Below, one piece after another: positions 47,116 to 64,000 of a stretch of DNA of 64,000 nucleotides (positions within the stretch are counted from its first letter, which is position 1; each line of letters begins with the position of its first letter). The DNA is from Eledone cirrhosa (lineage: Eukaryota): NCBI GenBank assembly GCA_964016885.1, contig OZ024742.1:195796001-195860000 (forward strand), in the 5' to 3' direction. Below the pieces are notes generated by a model, which was not told the origin of the DNA, did not search any database, and saw nothing but the letters and a program-made list of their open reading frames with translations. A program made the translations under genes and the position numbers.

Positions 47116-47589
47116 ATGTATATATGTCTACATATATGTATATATATGTATATATATGTGCATATATACATACATGTGTGTGTGTGTGTGTAGGGGTGAA
47201 AATGTACACGTCCCAACGCAGCTAACTAGCATAATAGCTAGACAATAAATAAGAAAATGTCGAAGACAAAAGGAGTGGACAGCATGTTTCGTTTCCCACG
47301 GGCATCAATGTCCACTTTCTTCCATCTTAGATATTAATATAGTTATCTGCGCTAGGACGACTACATTTTCAAATTTCAATCTCCCCACCGTTTCCTAAAT
47401 AGACCCAATATCTGTATGGATATATATATGTATACAGTCAGAAGGCACCACTTAACCCAATATACACCTCACCCCACACGCTCTACCCCATCCTCCAATT
47501 TCCGTCCACTATGTCGGTGACACAACAAAAAGCACCCGGTCCACACTGTAAAGTGGTCATGTGGGAGACACGGTAAAAAGGCTCCCAGT

Positions 47590-47747
47590 CCTCACTGTAA
47601 AAGTGGTTGGTGTTAGGAAGGGCATCCAGCCGTAGAAAACCTGCCAGAGACACTTGCGTACAAGCGAGACACGGTCTCCCGACCAACATCGCATCAGATG
47701 GAATAAAACCGTCTGACCCATGCTAGCGTGGAAGATGGACGTTAAAC

Positions 47748-47792
<45 letters not shown>
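47590..47792 (+). mobile_element. SINE 3' part with RTE-like tail and (GAT)n
   Basis: aggaagggcatccagccgtagaaa...ggacgttaaacgatgatg. Confidence 0.65.
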
Positions 47793-47793
<1 letters not shown>

Positions 47794-47843
47794 CATGTAT
47801 GGATATATATATAGATAGATATATAGATAGAGAGAGAGAGGGG

Positions 47844-47911
<68 letters not shown>

Positions 47912-48235
47912 GAGAGATAGAACAAAGGAAAAAATTGACCAAACTACGAAATATGTTGGACGAACGAGCAATGGCATCTACTGTCCTCTTCAGCCACCCT
48001 TGGGCAATGCAATTTCGTACATAAGGGTGATGTTGCATAATATTGAGCTCAAGTTGCACGGCCGTTTAGAACAAGCCGTCAGAAAGATGCACATGAGGCA
48101 ATACAATAACATAGAATCAGGGAACAACATATGAGTGTCTTTCGGGTTGTACAGTAAAGCGGGTGCCTAAACAAATTATAAAGTTTTACGACTGAAAACA
48201 TAACAGGATACGGTGCAAACAAGTTATGTAAATGG

Positions 48236-48333
<98 letters not shown>

Positions 48334-48350
48334 CGTGCGTGTGTATGTAT

Positions 48351-50355
48351 GTTTATTTTTCTCTTAATTTCGAGTACATTTTTGACCGACCACCTTCCGG
48401 GTGACAAGGTTGTGAAAGAAAAGAAATTGTCATCCCTTGTATCGCAAGAATGTTTTGCAAATTTTGAAGATGCCAGCTATCGCAGCCATTTGTAGTCTAT
48501 GAATTAGGGAGCTGCGCTCTTTGTGCACAAATCCAAGTTCAATTATACTTTTGTCCAAGCGGGTTGGTATATAATGTGTAGCTCCAATAATGATGGGTAT
48601 GAAGCTGAAGGTGTATCTTGGATACTGGATCTGCAAACTCCTCATCAATGGTCCGTACACACCCTCCTTCTCTTACATTTTTCTTACAACGATAACATCA
48701 AGTGGACAGCTGATTTATACAACAGAGTGCGTTTTCAATGTGTGATCCCAAACAACAATATCAGGCCGGTTGTACTTTAATTTGGTGGCAGTTTTTATTT
48801 TCAGGTTCCACCAGTATTCTTTAGTGCCATCTATCTCAACATATTCCGCCTCATTTGTTCTTAATTAAGTGCGTTCCAGATGGTTCTAGCTATTACATCT
48901 TGTCTCATAGGGAGGTAGTAACGGGACGACATTCTTTCGCAGTTCGTAGCAATGTGGCTAACATCTTCGATCTTTGTTTTACATAGCCTACATTTATTGT
49001 TGACTAATGGCCCTCCTATTTTGTGTAGCAGATATTTGGTAGGGATTTCTTGTTCCTATATTGCATAGAGATATCCTTCTAAGTGGGATGTCATAAATTT
49101 GTCGGAACTCCATGCCAGGCTCTTTGGATGATCTATCCCCTCTATGGTCTGTGTTTTTCGTCTCAGGTACCCATGCACAACTTTCTCTGTAAATTGGTTC
49201 CTTTATTAATCTTGTTCAAGCATTGAACAGGATCTTCCAATGTCCCTGAGAGATTTATATCAGGCCTTATTCCATATCTCTCCTCCAGATCAGTGGCTAT
49301 CCTAATGATACGATTTCTTTCATACTCATAAACCTGGGCAAGATGGTTGCTGGCCTTTTTCTTCTGTTGAAGATGTTGCTTCAGTGTTACTATTCGGGTC
49401 TCGTATGATGTTAATATGGATTTTAGACCCTGGCCACCTTCCTTGCGTGAGAAGAATAGCCTATCCACATCACCATTGGTGTTAAAGTGTCCAGTAGCAC
49501 TGAGAATCTTGCAGTTCTTACATTCATCTCACTTAGTTCTTACAATGACCAGTTCAGCAGGCAACATTTGGCGTTAGGATTGGCGCAGCATAAGTATTGT
49601 GGGCAATGTATTTGTTGTACGCTGATAGTTCTGATGACCATATTTTCTTTACTCTCCTGGGGTATTCAGTTCTGGTTCTCTCCTTATTTATGGGTCCATC
49701 ATATCTGACATTCTCATCCTGTCCAATATATCTGTAGTTGTCACCTGACTGTAGACGTTGTATTGTCAAGCCATTCATCTCTAGATTTCCAGAAGAAGAC
49801 ACAGCCCTTCCACGTTTTACTGTCAAATATTCGCATTTGGACTCACCAAATTTCATTCTGATGTCTGCACAAAATGAGATGTAATGGGGTCCAATTGTTT
49901 TTTTTATATATATATATATATAGTTGTCATTTGGCCCATACAATTTCAGGTCATCAAAAAAGAAAAGATGGGAGATACTTCTGAACCCACTTCTATGACC
50001 ACTTTATTTTGTGAGCAGGTATGATAGTGGGTTTAGTGAGAGGACGAAGAGCAGCACAGATGAGCTATCAGCCTGAAAGATGTCTTTCTGGTAGTGTACT
50101 GAATCAGTCTTAATTTGCTCCTTCTCCCGCCTAAGGATCAAATTGGTGTACCAGTTCTTGGTCAGGCGTTCAACAGCAGCTACTAGTGGTTGTGGGACTT
50201 TGGCTAACTGTAAAGACTTAATAATCCACTCATGAGGTACACTATCAAAAGCTTTCTGATAGTCCAACTACACCACAGTCATGTTCCCGTGATTCTTTGC
50301 TATTTTTCCTGTATTATTTTATTTGTTAGTAGGTGATCTATGCTGCCCCACACCT

Positions 50356-50358
<3 letters not shown>
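48351..50358 (-). pseudogene. 5'-truncated R4/Dong-like RLE LINE (same family as 59041-63209)
   Basis: DYQKAFDSVPH, FFDD, GGQGLKS, RPD and GATxYIP motifs; high similarity to 61220-63209. Confidence 0.9.
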
Positions 50359-50398
<40 letters not shown>

Positions 50399-50461
50399 CC
50401 ATATACTGTACCGATTGTGTTGTTATTTCTGTTTACATTTTATATACATATATATATATAT

Positions 50462-50889
50462 ATCGTTTCTGAATTTGTTTAGCAAGATTCTTTATCTGAA
50501 ATCGTGTGTTGAAACCGATATTGTTATACTTTGGGAGGGTCATGTTGCCAATAAGAAACACACGCACCAGTTGCTTTCACTTCAATTTATTATATATTTA
50601 TAAATTTACAAATTTATAAATTTATAAATTTCTGGTTGGTTGGTTGGTTCCACAACCAGATAGTTGTTTATATATAGTCATAGTCCTTTCGTCACACACT
50701 CTGTGACCTCTTCAGTGACTGGGGATTCCTTTCTTTGTTTCTGTGCCTCTCCTTTGTTCTGTCCTACGCCATTTTGTTTCTGTGTGTGTGTTGTGTGCTC
50801 AGTTTGTAAATTTATAAATATATAATAAATTGAAGTGAAAGAAACTGGTGCGTGTGTTTCTTATTGGCAACTTGACCCTCCCAAAGTAT

Positions 50890-50895
<6 letters not shown>
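50462..50895 (-). mobile_element. PLE-1 3' fragment with HHR and inverted tail copy
   Basis: Matches 31570-31905; inverted copy at 50803-50895; (TA)n on both sides. Confidence 0.9.
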
Positions 50896-50925
<30 letters not shown>

Positions 50926-51119
50926 CTGTTTTTAAATTAATGATAATCTTCTTAATCTATTTTTTAGATGTAGATTGATACTCTTTAATTGACATACATT
51001 CTGAAAGATATCCTCTTTACGATAGTTCTTCAAAATGCACTCTTGACTTATCTAATAATACATTTTTTTCGTCTTTTTAATCTTCAAATTTTTCATACAT
51101 CTTTCGACGTAGATAATAT

Positions 51120-53871
<2,752 letters not shown>

Positions 53872-53929
53872 AGGATAGATAGATATACATTCACACTCAC
53901 ATATATATACACATAACACACATATATAT

Positions 53930-54000
<71 letters not shown>

Positions 54001-54059
54001 TAAACAAATAATGAATAAAACAATGAAACAGTTCCTTATATTAAACAAAAAAAGTTCAT

Positions 54060-54203
54060 TATTTAACGATCGTTTCTAGGATATATATGTGTTAGAATTG
54101 GCATGCATATTCAACAGATCTATGTACAAAATTATACAAAATTATACAAATTATCAAAATTAAATATACATACCAACACATATATACGCCGTCTTCAGAA
54201 ATA
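54060..54203 (-). ncRNA. Hammerhead ribozyme with very long stem II, in fold-back 53990-54405
   Basis: TATTT-CTGAAGA-~115-nt stem II (tatatatgtgtt/aacacatatata)-GAAAC-GATC-GTT-AAATA. Confidence 0.8.
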
Positions 54204-54536
54204 GACGGCGTATATATGTGTTGGTATGTATGTTTAATTTTGATAGTTTGTATAATTTTGTATAATTTTGTACATAGATCTGTTGAATATGCATGCCAAT
54301 TCTAACACATATATATCCTAGAAACGATCGTTAAATAATGAACTTTTTTTGTTTAATATAAGGAACTGTTTCATTGTTTTATTCATTATTTGTTTAATAT
54401 TTTATCTTGACTCTGCATACCGTTTATCTTTCACCGAAAGTGATTTTTCATTACATCTCTTCTTTCCATGATATCCGGAATACATTGAGTTCTTCATACG
54501 GATTGGACACTACCGTAAACTCTTGGTAGATTTATC

Positions 54537-54654
<118 letters not shown>

Positions 54655-54695
54655 CAAAGATAGATAGATTTACATTCACACTCACATATACACAC

Positions 54696-54783
<88 letters not shown>

Positions 54784-54937
54784 CACTATAGTGAAAACTA
54801 TTTAACACAATAGACAGGGACGCAAATAGCTAAACGTGAGACTTTGAATCAGTGTGAAAAAAGTGGAAAAAAGTAAATTTGACTTGCAAATCGTGCTTGA
54901 AAATCGTGCATGACAAAAGTGTTCGACAATAAATATA

Positions 54938-54997
<60 letters not shown>

Positions 54998-55282
54998 GGA
55001 GGTGAGTTTTATTGTAGTACAATAAAGCAATGCAGATATCGGATAAGAAGCACTCTACAGTTTGTAGGACTGGAGTATACATAATATATAAGATCAAAAT
55101 ATGGTTAAAAGAGTTCCATGTATTTTATTAAGCGCATTTCAATAACAAATATCATCATGCAATAACATTTGTGTTTTCATCAGATAAAATAGGAAGACAT
55201 GATATGAAGACATGATATCAACATATGTTGATTTAAAACTGCACTATCCACAAGTGTTTTTAACCTTCATATCATGTCTTCC

Positions 55283-55353
55283 TATTTTATCTGATGAAAA
55301 CACAAATATTATTGCATGATGATATTTGTTTTTGAAATGCGCTTAATAAAATA
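55283..55353 (+). ncRNA. Hammerhead ribozyme (mirror copy 55121-55191, -)
   Basis: TATTTTAT-CTGATGA-stem II acaaatatt/gatatttgt-GAAA-tGCGC-TTA-ATAAAATA. Confidence 0.8.
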
Positions 55354-55383
55354 CATGGAACTCTTTTAACCATCTTTTGATCT

Positions 55384-55458
<75 letters not shown>

Positions 55459-55476
55459 CATACATACATACATACA

Positions 55477-55569
<93 letters not shown>

Positions 55570-55570
55570 G

Positions 55571-55623
<53 letters not shown>

Positions 55624-55624
55624 G

Positions 55625-55669
<45 letters not shown>

Positions 55670-55676
<7 letters not shown>

Positions 55677-55968
55677 TTTTTATTTGCCACCAGGGCATCA
55701 AAAAGTGGGAGTACAATGGGGGGAGTTTACATAACAAGGCGTCCTCAATAAGGAGGAGGCAATAACAAAGTATAAAAATAAAATAAAATATAACAAGATA
55801 AAATGTATAACAAAATCCTCAATAGAGAGGAGGCGCCTTAAGGGGTCGCACACACCCCCGAAAAAAGTGTGCAACCCTTCTCCTCAGGAGCACAGAGAGG
55901 GGGTGCTCCCTTGGTCTTTCATCTTCCACACCTATAGTCTGATGTAGAGTGAAGGCCCATTCACACGG

Positions 55969-55972
<4 letters not shown>
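55670..55972 (-). mobile_element. 3' end of a Tx1-like LINE related to 40355-40640
   Basis: atggcccgtgtgaatgggcctt...ggttgcaca...aataaa; inserted in (TA)n. Confidence 0.7.
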
Positions 55973-56015
<43 letters not shown>

Positions 56016-56060
56016 GAGAGGTATAGAGATTGTTTTAGCAAGAAGCTAACGGCATTCTAT

Positions 56061-56095
<35 letters not shown>

Positions 56096-56392
56096 TAATC
56101 TTTTGATTAGTGAATCCGTCGGTAACAGCAATAGAACAGGTGAATATTTAAATCGTCTTTTAATTTATTTAAAAGATTGTTTGATGATTACTTGTTCCGC
56201 TCATTTATATATATATATAGGTATGTATGTTTGTATATAAAGAGGGACAGACAACGAAACCCAGACAGTTGTATCAAAGAAATTGATTTCAATTCTATTG
56301 TTTGCCGCCGTTTGCTTCTTTCTCACCAGTATATATATTGTTTTTTAATCACAAAATAGTTTAGTTGTTATATATGTATTTGTTAGTATTTA

Positions 56393-56645
56393 TTGCTGCT
56401 GCTGCTGTTGTTGTTGTTGTTGTTGTTGTTGCTGCTTTTCTTGTAGTTGTTCTTCGTCTTCTGTCTCCTCCTTTTTCTTCTTTTTCTTCTTCTTCCTCTT
56501 TTTCTTCTTTTTCTTCTTCGTCGTCGTCGTCGTCGTCGTCGTCGTCTTCTTCTTCTTCTTCTTCTTCGTCATCGTCGTTGTCGTCTTCTTTTTCTTCTTT
56601 TTCTTTCTCTTCTTCATCGTCGTCGTTGCCTTTTTCTTCTTCTTG
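56393..56645. repeat. Compound trinucleotide microsatellite (GCT/GTT/TCT/TCG); numerous (TA)n, (CA)n, (GA)n and (CATA)n tracts occur throughout the window
   Basis: Direct inspection. Confidence 0.95.
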
Positions 56646-56974
56646 AAGGTTGTATGTAATACTGTCGGTCTACTTGTTAAATCGATCTGTTTACAACAGC
56701 TGTAACAAACGTTTGTATTCTACCAATATATCGATCTATGGTAGTTTCAACGTTTATTGAATGTACCGAGAGAGCAGAGATTACAAAATACTAGAAGTTG
56801 GGTTACTGAATTAATGTTTTGTTTTCTTCATTAGTGTTTAGTTTTTAATTAATTAGAGGAGTATGGATGCTGAATGGTTAATAAGTTCGTTTCTCAATCA
56901 TTAAGTCCCAGAATCGATCTCAATGCATGGCATGTTGAGCAGGTATTACATATCATAGCTTTTGGCAAGTGCGA

Positions 56975-57151
56975 TGAATTGGCAGTATCGGTAGAGTCGG
57001 ACGTCATGCTTTGCAGGATAGAGTTATGTCCCTTTTCGATTCAAATCCCGCGGAGGTTAACTTTGCTTTTCATCCTTATAGGGTCGATAAAATAAAGTAC
57101 CAGTAATGCACTGAGGTAATTGCTGGCCTTGTGCCAAAAGTAGAAACAATT
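56975..57151 (+). mobile_element. SINE-A copy (a more diverged copy lies at 57422-57612)
   Basis: Core and tail. Confidence 0.75.
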
Positions 57152-57844
57152 ATATATCATAGCTTTTTGTCAACTGAAATTGGGTAGCGGAGAATTGTGT
57201 GGAAGCCTGTTGGGGTTGACTGTACATGTAATTCGAAGGATCATGGCTATCACACTGTGTCATGCTGAATCTCCCTGAGAAATGCGTTAAGGATACACAA
57301 GTCATGGAATATTCAGCCACTTAGATGTTAAGTTCAAAATCAGGCTGTTCCGTTGAGTGAAGAACTGGAGTAGTCATCATCGAAATCGACGAAGACTCAT
57401 TCCATTTAAAGGAGATGACATGGTGGCGGATTTGTAGTATCGATGGAGCATCGGACAAAACGCTTTCAGGTATTTAGTTACGTTCTGAATTCAAATCCTG
57501 CCGAGATCAACTTTGCCTGTCACCATTCCATAATCGTGAACTACTGGGGTCGATAGAAACTTCTTTACTTTCCTCCAAAACATTGCTGGCTTTGTACGGA
57601 AACTAGAAACCATTAGAGGAGAGGGGGGAAATATTTAGTCAAGTAATTTCCCAGAATACACCACATCACTTTTGATTAACATTTTACTATTTATAATACA
57701 TACATACATACATGCATACATACATACATGCATACATACATATATAGATACATACATACATACATGCATGCATACATACATACATACATACATACATACA
57801 TACATACATACATACATACATACATACATACATACATACATACA

Positions 57845-58453
57845 TGGTGGCTGCCAACTCGTTTTCGAGTGCGGCCACTACTTTATATCCATGTAGGAGA
57901 ACCCCTACCGATGGGCTGAACGAGTGTGACTTTTTAGTCCAGCCAGCGACTTGAAAACTCTGGTAAAAACACTACACTTGTGACAATTATTGACACATAG
58001 TGCTGGGCCCATGGTACCATGTGATGACAAGTGCAGAGAGATCTCCAGATATAAAGCAATGCCTGTGCCGTGAAGCTTTTATAGTGAGCAAAGGCACTGC
58101 ACAAAGCCAGTCCCACTCTCTTAACCAAGATGATATTTACCAAAAAGAAGAACAAGTCAACATCATTGGATACCATCAGGGTTGCAGGTGTTATATCAGA
58201 GTTTTCCTTCTCTTAGAATTCTGCCTTGACAAAGGCAAAGGGGGCATCTCTCCCGGTGATTTTGGATGGCCATTGACTTTTACGAGCTCCTTTGCCCTTT
58301 GACAGGTTTTGTTTTTAGTCCTTCAGGATGTCCAAAGTCACCCTCCTCACCAAGAAATTTTGGTGGGGTTGCCAGTTTAGTCGCCAACGACCCGACCATG
58401 AGACAGGTTGTACTGGGATACATGTTACCAGTAGCACCAACTGGTGACCTGAC
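57845..58453. mobile_element. NA-B non-coding element in (CATA)n
   Basis: Similar to 6555-7087. Confidence 0.75.
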
Positions 58454-58527
58454 ATACATACATACATACATACATACATACATACATACATACATACATA
58501 CATACATACATACATACATACATACAT

Positions 58528-59008
58528 AAAAGATTAGTGAAAAGGAGAATATTTATGCAGAACTGATGAGAAATCTGCAGATACTCTACTCTGATTACAC
58601 CTTCAGATTTTTGCCTGTGATTATTGGGGCACTGGGATATGTTAGTAACTGCCTCAATACAAATCTTGAGAAGCTAGGCTTCACAGGAACAGAAAGAACA
58701 CAACTAGTTAGGAAATTACAAGTACAATCCATTAATGGAACAGTAAAAATATGTAAAACATTCCAAAAAATGTGCATCTAATAACTGCATATACACATGT
58801 ACAGATACAAAGCATATACACATGCACACATACAACTCAAAACATACACATCCACACATACAATAACATCCATATCTACAGATGCATGCATACATACATA
58901 TCTACCTAGTTGATGTGTAAATTCCAATGAGAGAGTCTTGTGTCTATGTTAGAAACCGACTCTCTCTCTATTGGTAAAACTTTGTGAAATTATAAAACCA
59001 GAAGAACG
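58528..59008 (+). pseudogene. 3' fragment of a second R4/Dong-like family in (CATA)n
   Basis: Y..LMRNLQILYSDYTFRFLPVIIGALGY...GTVKICKTF, homologous to 62880-63128. Confidence 0.8.
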
Positions 59009-59040
59009 TACATACATACATACATACATACATACATACA

Positions 59041-62000
59041 ATGGCGACCGTTGTGGTCAGTGTCCGATAATCGGACGTGTATAATTACGGCTTACATGAA
59101 GGCATAATATATATTGGAAAAAGTTGAGCTACATTTCGCGGTAAGATTACATACAATAATTCTATATAAGTGTTTGAACTGTAAGTGTGTTGTAAAACAC
59201 CTATTTATATGAACAATACATACACTTATGATATATGAACGATACATACACTTTAACATATAAATGCAACGTTGTTATATTACATTTGTAAAGAAATATG
59301 CAAGTAACGTTTTCGATTCAGAAACAAAAACATAAGTGTTTGAACTGTGAATATGTTGTAGAACACCTACTTATATGAATGATACATAAACTTTAACATA
59401 TAAATACAGCGTTGTTCTATTATATTACATTCATAAAGAAATATACTAAGTAACGGTTGTTTTTGTTCTCGATTCAAACGATTCAAGAACAACGTTTAAA
59501 ACAGTTGTAGAATTAAAAACTAACTGAAAAGAAATATTACCCAAGCTGTGAATAACTTTAAATTTGATTCTGACAGAACTTTGTCGAAACTTTTAAAGAA
59601 GATCATCGACTATTTTGAAAATTAAATACAAAATATTAGTGAATAGACGAACTCATCATGGCAAAAAGTACAAGTCTCCTTCGACCAAATCGCAACTACA
59701 ACCGTTGTATACAATGGAGCTACGAGCTTAACAAAGAATTATATGAAGCATACAAACAATCTGAACCCCAAAAGTTCGGTTTTATGCAAAGGCTAAAAAC
59801 TTTATGGAACTCCAAACACCCAGAATTAGACTTTTCTCCAAAGCTTTTAAATGAACAGGCAAAACGTATCATTAGATGTAAATTGATACATCTAACGGCA
59901 TTGAGTGATACTACAAATACAGCCCTTGTAGTCAACCACCCCACCTCCACTGACAGACAAAGAGAATGGCCAGCTAAATCTAACAGTGAACAGCTCACCA
60001 ACAATTTTGCTGAAATCCATCCCACTTCCAATGAAGAACAGCGAGAATGGTCAGCTAACTCTAGTAGTAATTGTCACCACATCAACAACGAGGCTGAAAT
60101 TCATGACTCTACTGTACAAACAGAATACCAAACACTTGTGGACACCTTACAAGTGATATGGGACGATATGTTTCAAGACATACAAAGCCTTAATGTGAGT
60201 GACAGACCATACAACACCAGAATCAGTAAAGAACTCACTAAATTGGAATTGAAAGCGGTGAACGAAATAGCTGACAATTATCTGAAGGCTATACGATCTA
60301 AAGGTGTAGAAACGACATTTGAAACGCTTAACATTTTGTTATATGTTTCAACTGTCACATTGCTATCATATAACAAACATCTAAAACCACGTAATCAAGA
60401 TACAAAGAAAAAGCCTGAACCAGCGTAGATGCGAAATTTAAAAAGCAAAATTTTGTCCCTGAGACGAAGTATCTCACACATCGCAGTCGTTATGAAATGC
60501 AACATAGAGAGCAACTTCACACGACATCAGGAAGAACTAAAAAAAAAAAGTTAGAGAGACGATTTGGAGATACAAAATTTTAAACTTTAAACTCCAAATT
60601 ACACCAGTTGAAACAACAACTCACAGCTACAACAGAAAGACTAAAATGTAAGTCAACAGCACATAAACGACAAGTGCTAAATAGATTGTTTGCCAGAGAT
60701 CCTAAATCAGTTTATCGCAGCTTCGGTGGCAAAAGCTCAATCTCTGTAAATGACACCCCTTCAAAAGAACAGGTTGAGAGCTACTGGAGATCTGTATGGG
60801 AAACGGATGACAGTTTCAACAGACAAACTAATTGGCTAAAAGAACTGGAACAGGACTACTGCCAACATGTCCAGACAAAACAATATGACATAGATGGGTC
60901 AATACTGGAAACAGCTCTACAGAAAATGTCGAATAGGAAATCACTAGGCCCAGACCTCATGACAGGATACTGATTGACGAATTTCACTTTCTATCGGCAA
61001 GATCTCCTACGGCTGTTTACAGAAACCATTAATGGCACACAAGAACTGCCCAGATGGTCATCAACTGCCATTCCCCAAAATAGCCAAACCACCCTTGCTA
61101 AAAATTACCGCCCAATAGCCTGCCAAAACATCATGTATAAATTATATACTGGGTGCCTTAACCTGTTCTTACAGGATCACTGTGCTACCAACAACATCAT
61201 AACACTTGAGCAAGCTGGTGGAAAGAGGGAGGTGCGAGGTTGCATAGATCACCTACTAACTAATAAAATTATTCAAGAAAAAACAACAAAGAATCGCAGA
61301 AACATGACTGTGGTGTGGCTGGACTATCAAAAAGCATTTGATAGTGTACCTCATGGGTGGATTGTTAAGGCTTTACAGTTAGCCAAAGTCCCACAACCAC
61401 TGGTAGCTGCTGTTGAACGTCTGACCAAGAACTGGTACACCAATTTGATCCTTAGAGGTGAGAAGGAGCAAGTTAAGACTGATAAGATACATTACCAGAA
61501 GGGCATCTTTCAGGGTGATAGCTTGTCAGTGCTACTCTTCGTTCTCTCACTAAATCCACTATCTTACCTACTCAGGAAACAAGGTGGACAAAGAAGTGAG
61601 TCCAGAAGTATCTCCCATCTTTTCTTTGTTGATGAGCTGAAGTTGTATGGGCCAAATATGAATGACATCAAGAAACAATTGGACCTCATTACACAATTTT
61701 CAACAGACATCAAAATGAAATTTGGTGAGTCCAAGTGTGCATATTTGGCAGTAAAACGTGGAAGAGCTGTGCCCTCCTCTAGAAATCTAGAGATGAACGG
61801 CTTGACAATACAACCTCTACAGTCAGGTGACAACTACAGATATCTTGGACAGGATGAGAATGTCAGATATGATGGACCCATAAATAAGGAGAGAACCAGA
61901 ACTGAAAACCTCAGAAGAGTAAAGAAAATATGGTCATCAGAACTGTCAGCGTACAACAAATACATTGTCCACTTATGCTGTGCCAATTCTAACGCCAACA

Positions 62001-63209
62001 TTTGGCCTGCTGAACTGGTCATTGCAAGAACTAAGTGAGATGGATGTTAGAACTCACAAACTTCTAAGTGTTACTGGGAACTTTAACATCAATGGTGATG
62101 TGGATAGGCTATACTTCTCACGCAAGGAAGGTGGCCGGGATCTAAAATCCATATTAACATCATATGAGACCCGGATAGTAACACTGAAGCAACATCTTCA
62201 ACAGAGGAAAAAGGTTGGCAACCATCTTGCTGAGGTTTATGAGCATGAAAAAAAAAATATCATTAGAATAGCCACTGATCTGGAGGAGAGATATGGAATA
62301 AAGCCTGATATAAATCTTTCACTCAGAGAAATCGGAAGATCCTATTCAATGTTCAAATAAGATGAAAAAATTGACCAATTTACAGAAAAGGTTGTGCATG
62401 GATACTTGAGACGTAAAACACAGACCATAGAGGGGATAAACCACTCAAAAAGCCTGGTATGGAGTTCCGACAAGTTTATGACATAACACCTTGAGGGATA
62501 TCTCTATGCAATACAGGAACAAGAACTCCCTACCAAATATCTTCTGAACAAAAGGGGAGGGCCATGTAAAACAAAGATCGAGGATGTAAGCCACATTGTT
62601 GCCAGCTGCGAAAGAATGTCATCTCGCTACTACCTCCCCATGAGACACGATGTGATAGCTAGAACCACCTGGAACGCACTTCGGAAAACAAAATTAAGAA
62701 CAAACGAGGAAGAATATATTGAGACAGATGGCACTAAGGAATACCGGTGGAACTTGAAAATAAAAACTGCCACCAAATTAAAGCACAACCGGCCTGATAT
62801 TGTTGTTTGGGACCACACATTGAAAACGTGTTCTGTTGTGGAGAGCAGCTGCCCACTTCATGTAAACGTTGTCAGAAAAATACAGGAGAAGGAGGACATC
62901 TACGGACCATTGATGAGGAGTTTACAAATCCAGTATCCAAGATGCACCTTTAGCTTCATACCCATCATTATTGGAGCTACGGGTTATATACCAACCCGCT
63001 TGGACCAAAGTATGACTGAACTTGGATTTGCGGACAAACAGCGCAGCTCCCTAATTCATAGTCTACAAATGGCTGCGATATCTGGCACCTTCAAAATTTG
63101 CAAAACATTCTTGCGATTCAAGGGATGACAATTTCTTTTCTTTTACAACCTTGCCACCAGGAAGGTGGCCGGTCAAAAAAATATACTCGAAATTAGGAGA
63201 AAGAGATAA
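59041..63209 (+). mobile_element. Near full-length R4/Dong-like RLE non-LTR retrotransposon (stops and frameshifts), flanked by (CATA)n
   Basis: ORF pieces 59658-63128: NYRPIAC, WLDYQKAFDSVPH, GIFQGDSLS, FFVDE (altered YxDD), RHDVIA, RPDIVV..E endonuclease motif. Confidence 0.92.
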
Positions 63210-63224
63210 CATACATACATATAA

Positions 63225-63563
63225 GATGGCTGCCCCCTCGTTATAGAGTATGGCCATTGCACGATATACCATTATTAAAAATTATTAAATAATTCTACCG
63301 TGCAATGTCTGTGCGTGAAGATTTTTTTTAAGTGAGGAAAGACTGAGCACTGAGCCAATCCCACTCTCTCAGGGATAGTAGCTATAACCCGAAAAGAAGA
63401 ATAGATCAACATCATCGGTAACGACTGAGCCGCAGGTTTTATATCGGAATTATCCCAGTTTCCTGAGTTACCTTCTCCTAGAAGAATTCCCTGATTAAGG
63501 ATAGGGGTCCTTCACTCCCAGTGGTTTAACCGCGCGATCGGGTGTCCAGCCCGACTATTTCTA
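63225..63563. mobile_element. NA-A non-coding element
   Basis: Similar to 6141-6480. Confidence 0.75.
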
Positions 63564-64000
63564 TGTCCCCGCGCATATACATACACATGCACCCATGTAC
63601 ATATACATACATATGTACATGTGTATATACATATTTACACACTTTTGGATGGCCGTTGACTCTTATGAGTTGTTCCGCTCTTTGTCAGGTTTTGTTTTTT
63701 GTTCTGCAGGGTGTCCAAAATCACCCTCCTTACCAAGTAAACTTGGTGGGGTTGCCGGTTTAGTCGCGACGACCCGGCCATGCAACAGGTTGTACTGGGT
63801 TACATGTTACCAGTAGCACTCAAGAGTGACCCGACATACATACATACATACATACATACATACATACATACATACATACATACATACATACATGATGATG
63901 GCTTCCCCCTCGTTATCGAGTATGGCCATTGCACGAGGAGAAAAAAAATTAATAAATAAATAAAAAAGAAAATAACAAAAAAAAAGAAATATATATATAT

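Noticed and set aside
58905-58995. Long hairpin with TGATG..GAAA as a hammerhead
   Set aside because: Core is non-canonical; better explained as the 3' UTR stem-loop of the R4-like fragment

Overview
AT-rich, microsatellite-dense animal genomic DNA; the repeat families suggest a cephalopod (Octopus-like) genome (inference). The window lies inside a minus-strand flavin monoamine oxidase (MAO) gene. Four spliced exons are visible (40935-41072, 13312-13413, 7677-7768, 7183-7324), with sizes and phases matching vertebrate MAOA/B exons 3-6. The introns are packed with retroelements: Penelope-like elements (a near full-length Neptune-type copy, a Naiad-type copy and many fragments), R4/Dong-like RLE, Tx1/L1, CR1/L2, RTE and CRE-like LINEs, tRNA-derived SINEs, a hAT MITE and LTR remnants. 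The most striking signal is not in the ORF track. About 13 distinct type-I hammerhead ribozyme (HHR) motifs, more than 20 copies in total, were found by eye. Most sit in short non-coding fold-back (inverted-duplicated) inserts within (TA)n tracts, and they include a 466-bp tandem array with one minimal HHR per unit (retrozyme-like). Nearly all short ORFs in the track are microsatellite artefacts. All coordinates were read by hand and element edges are approximate.
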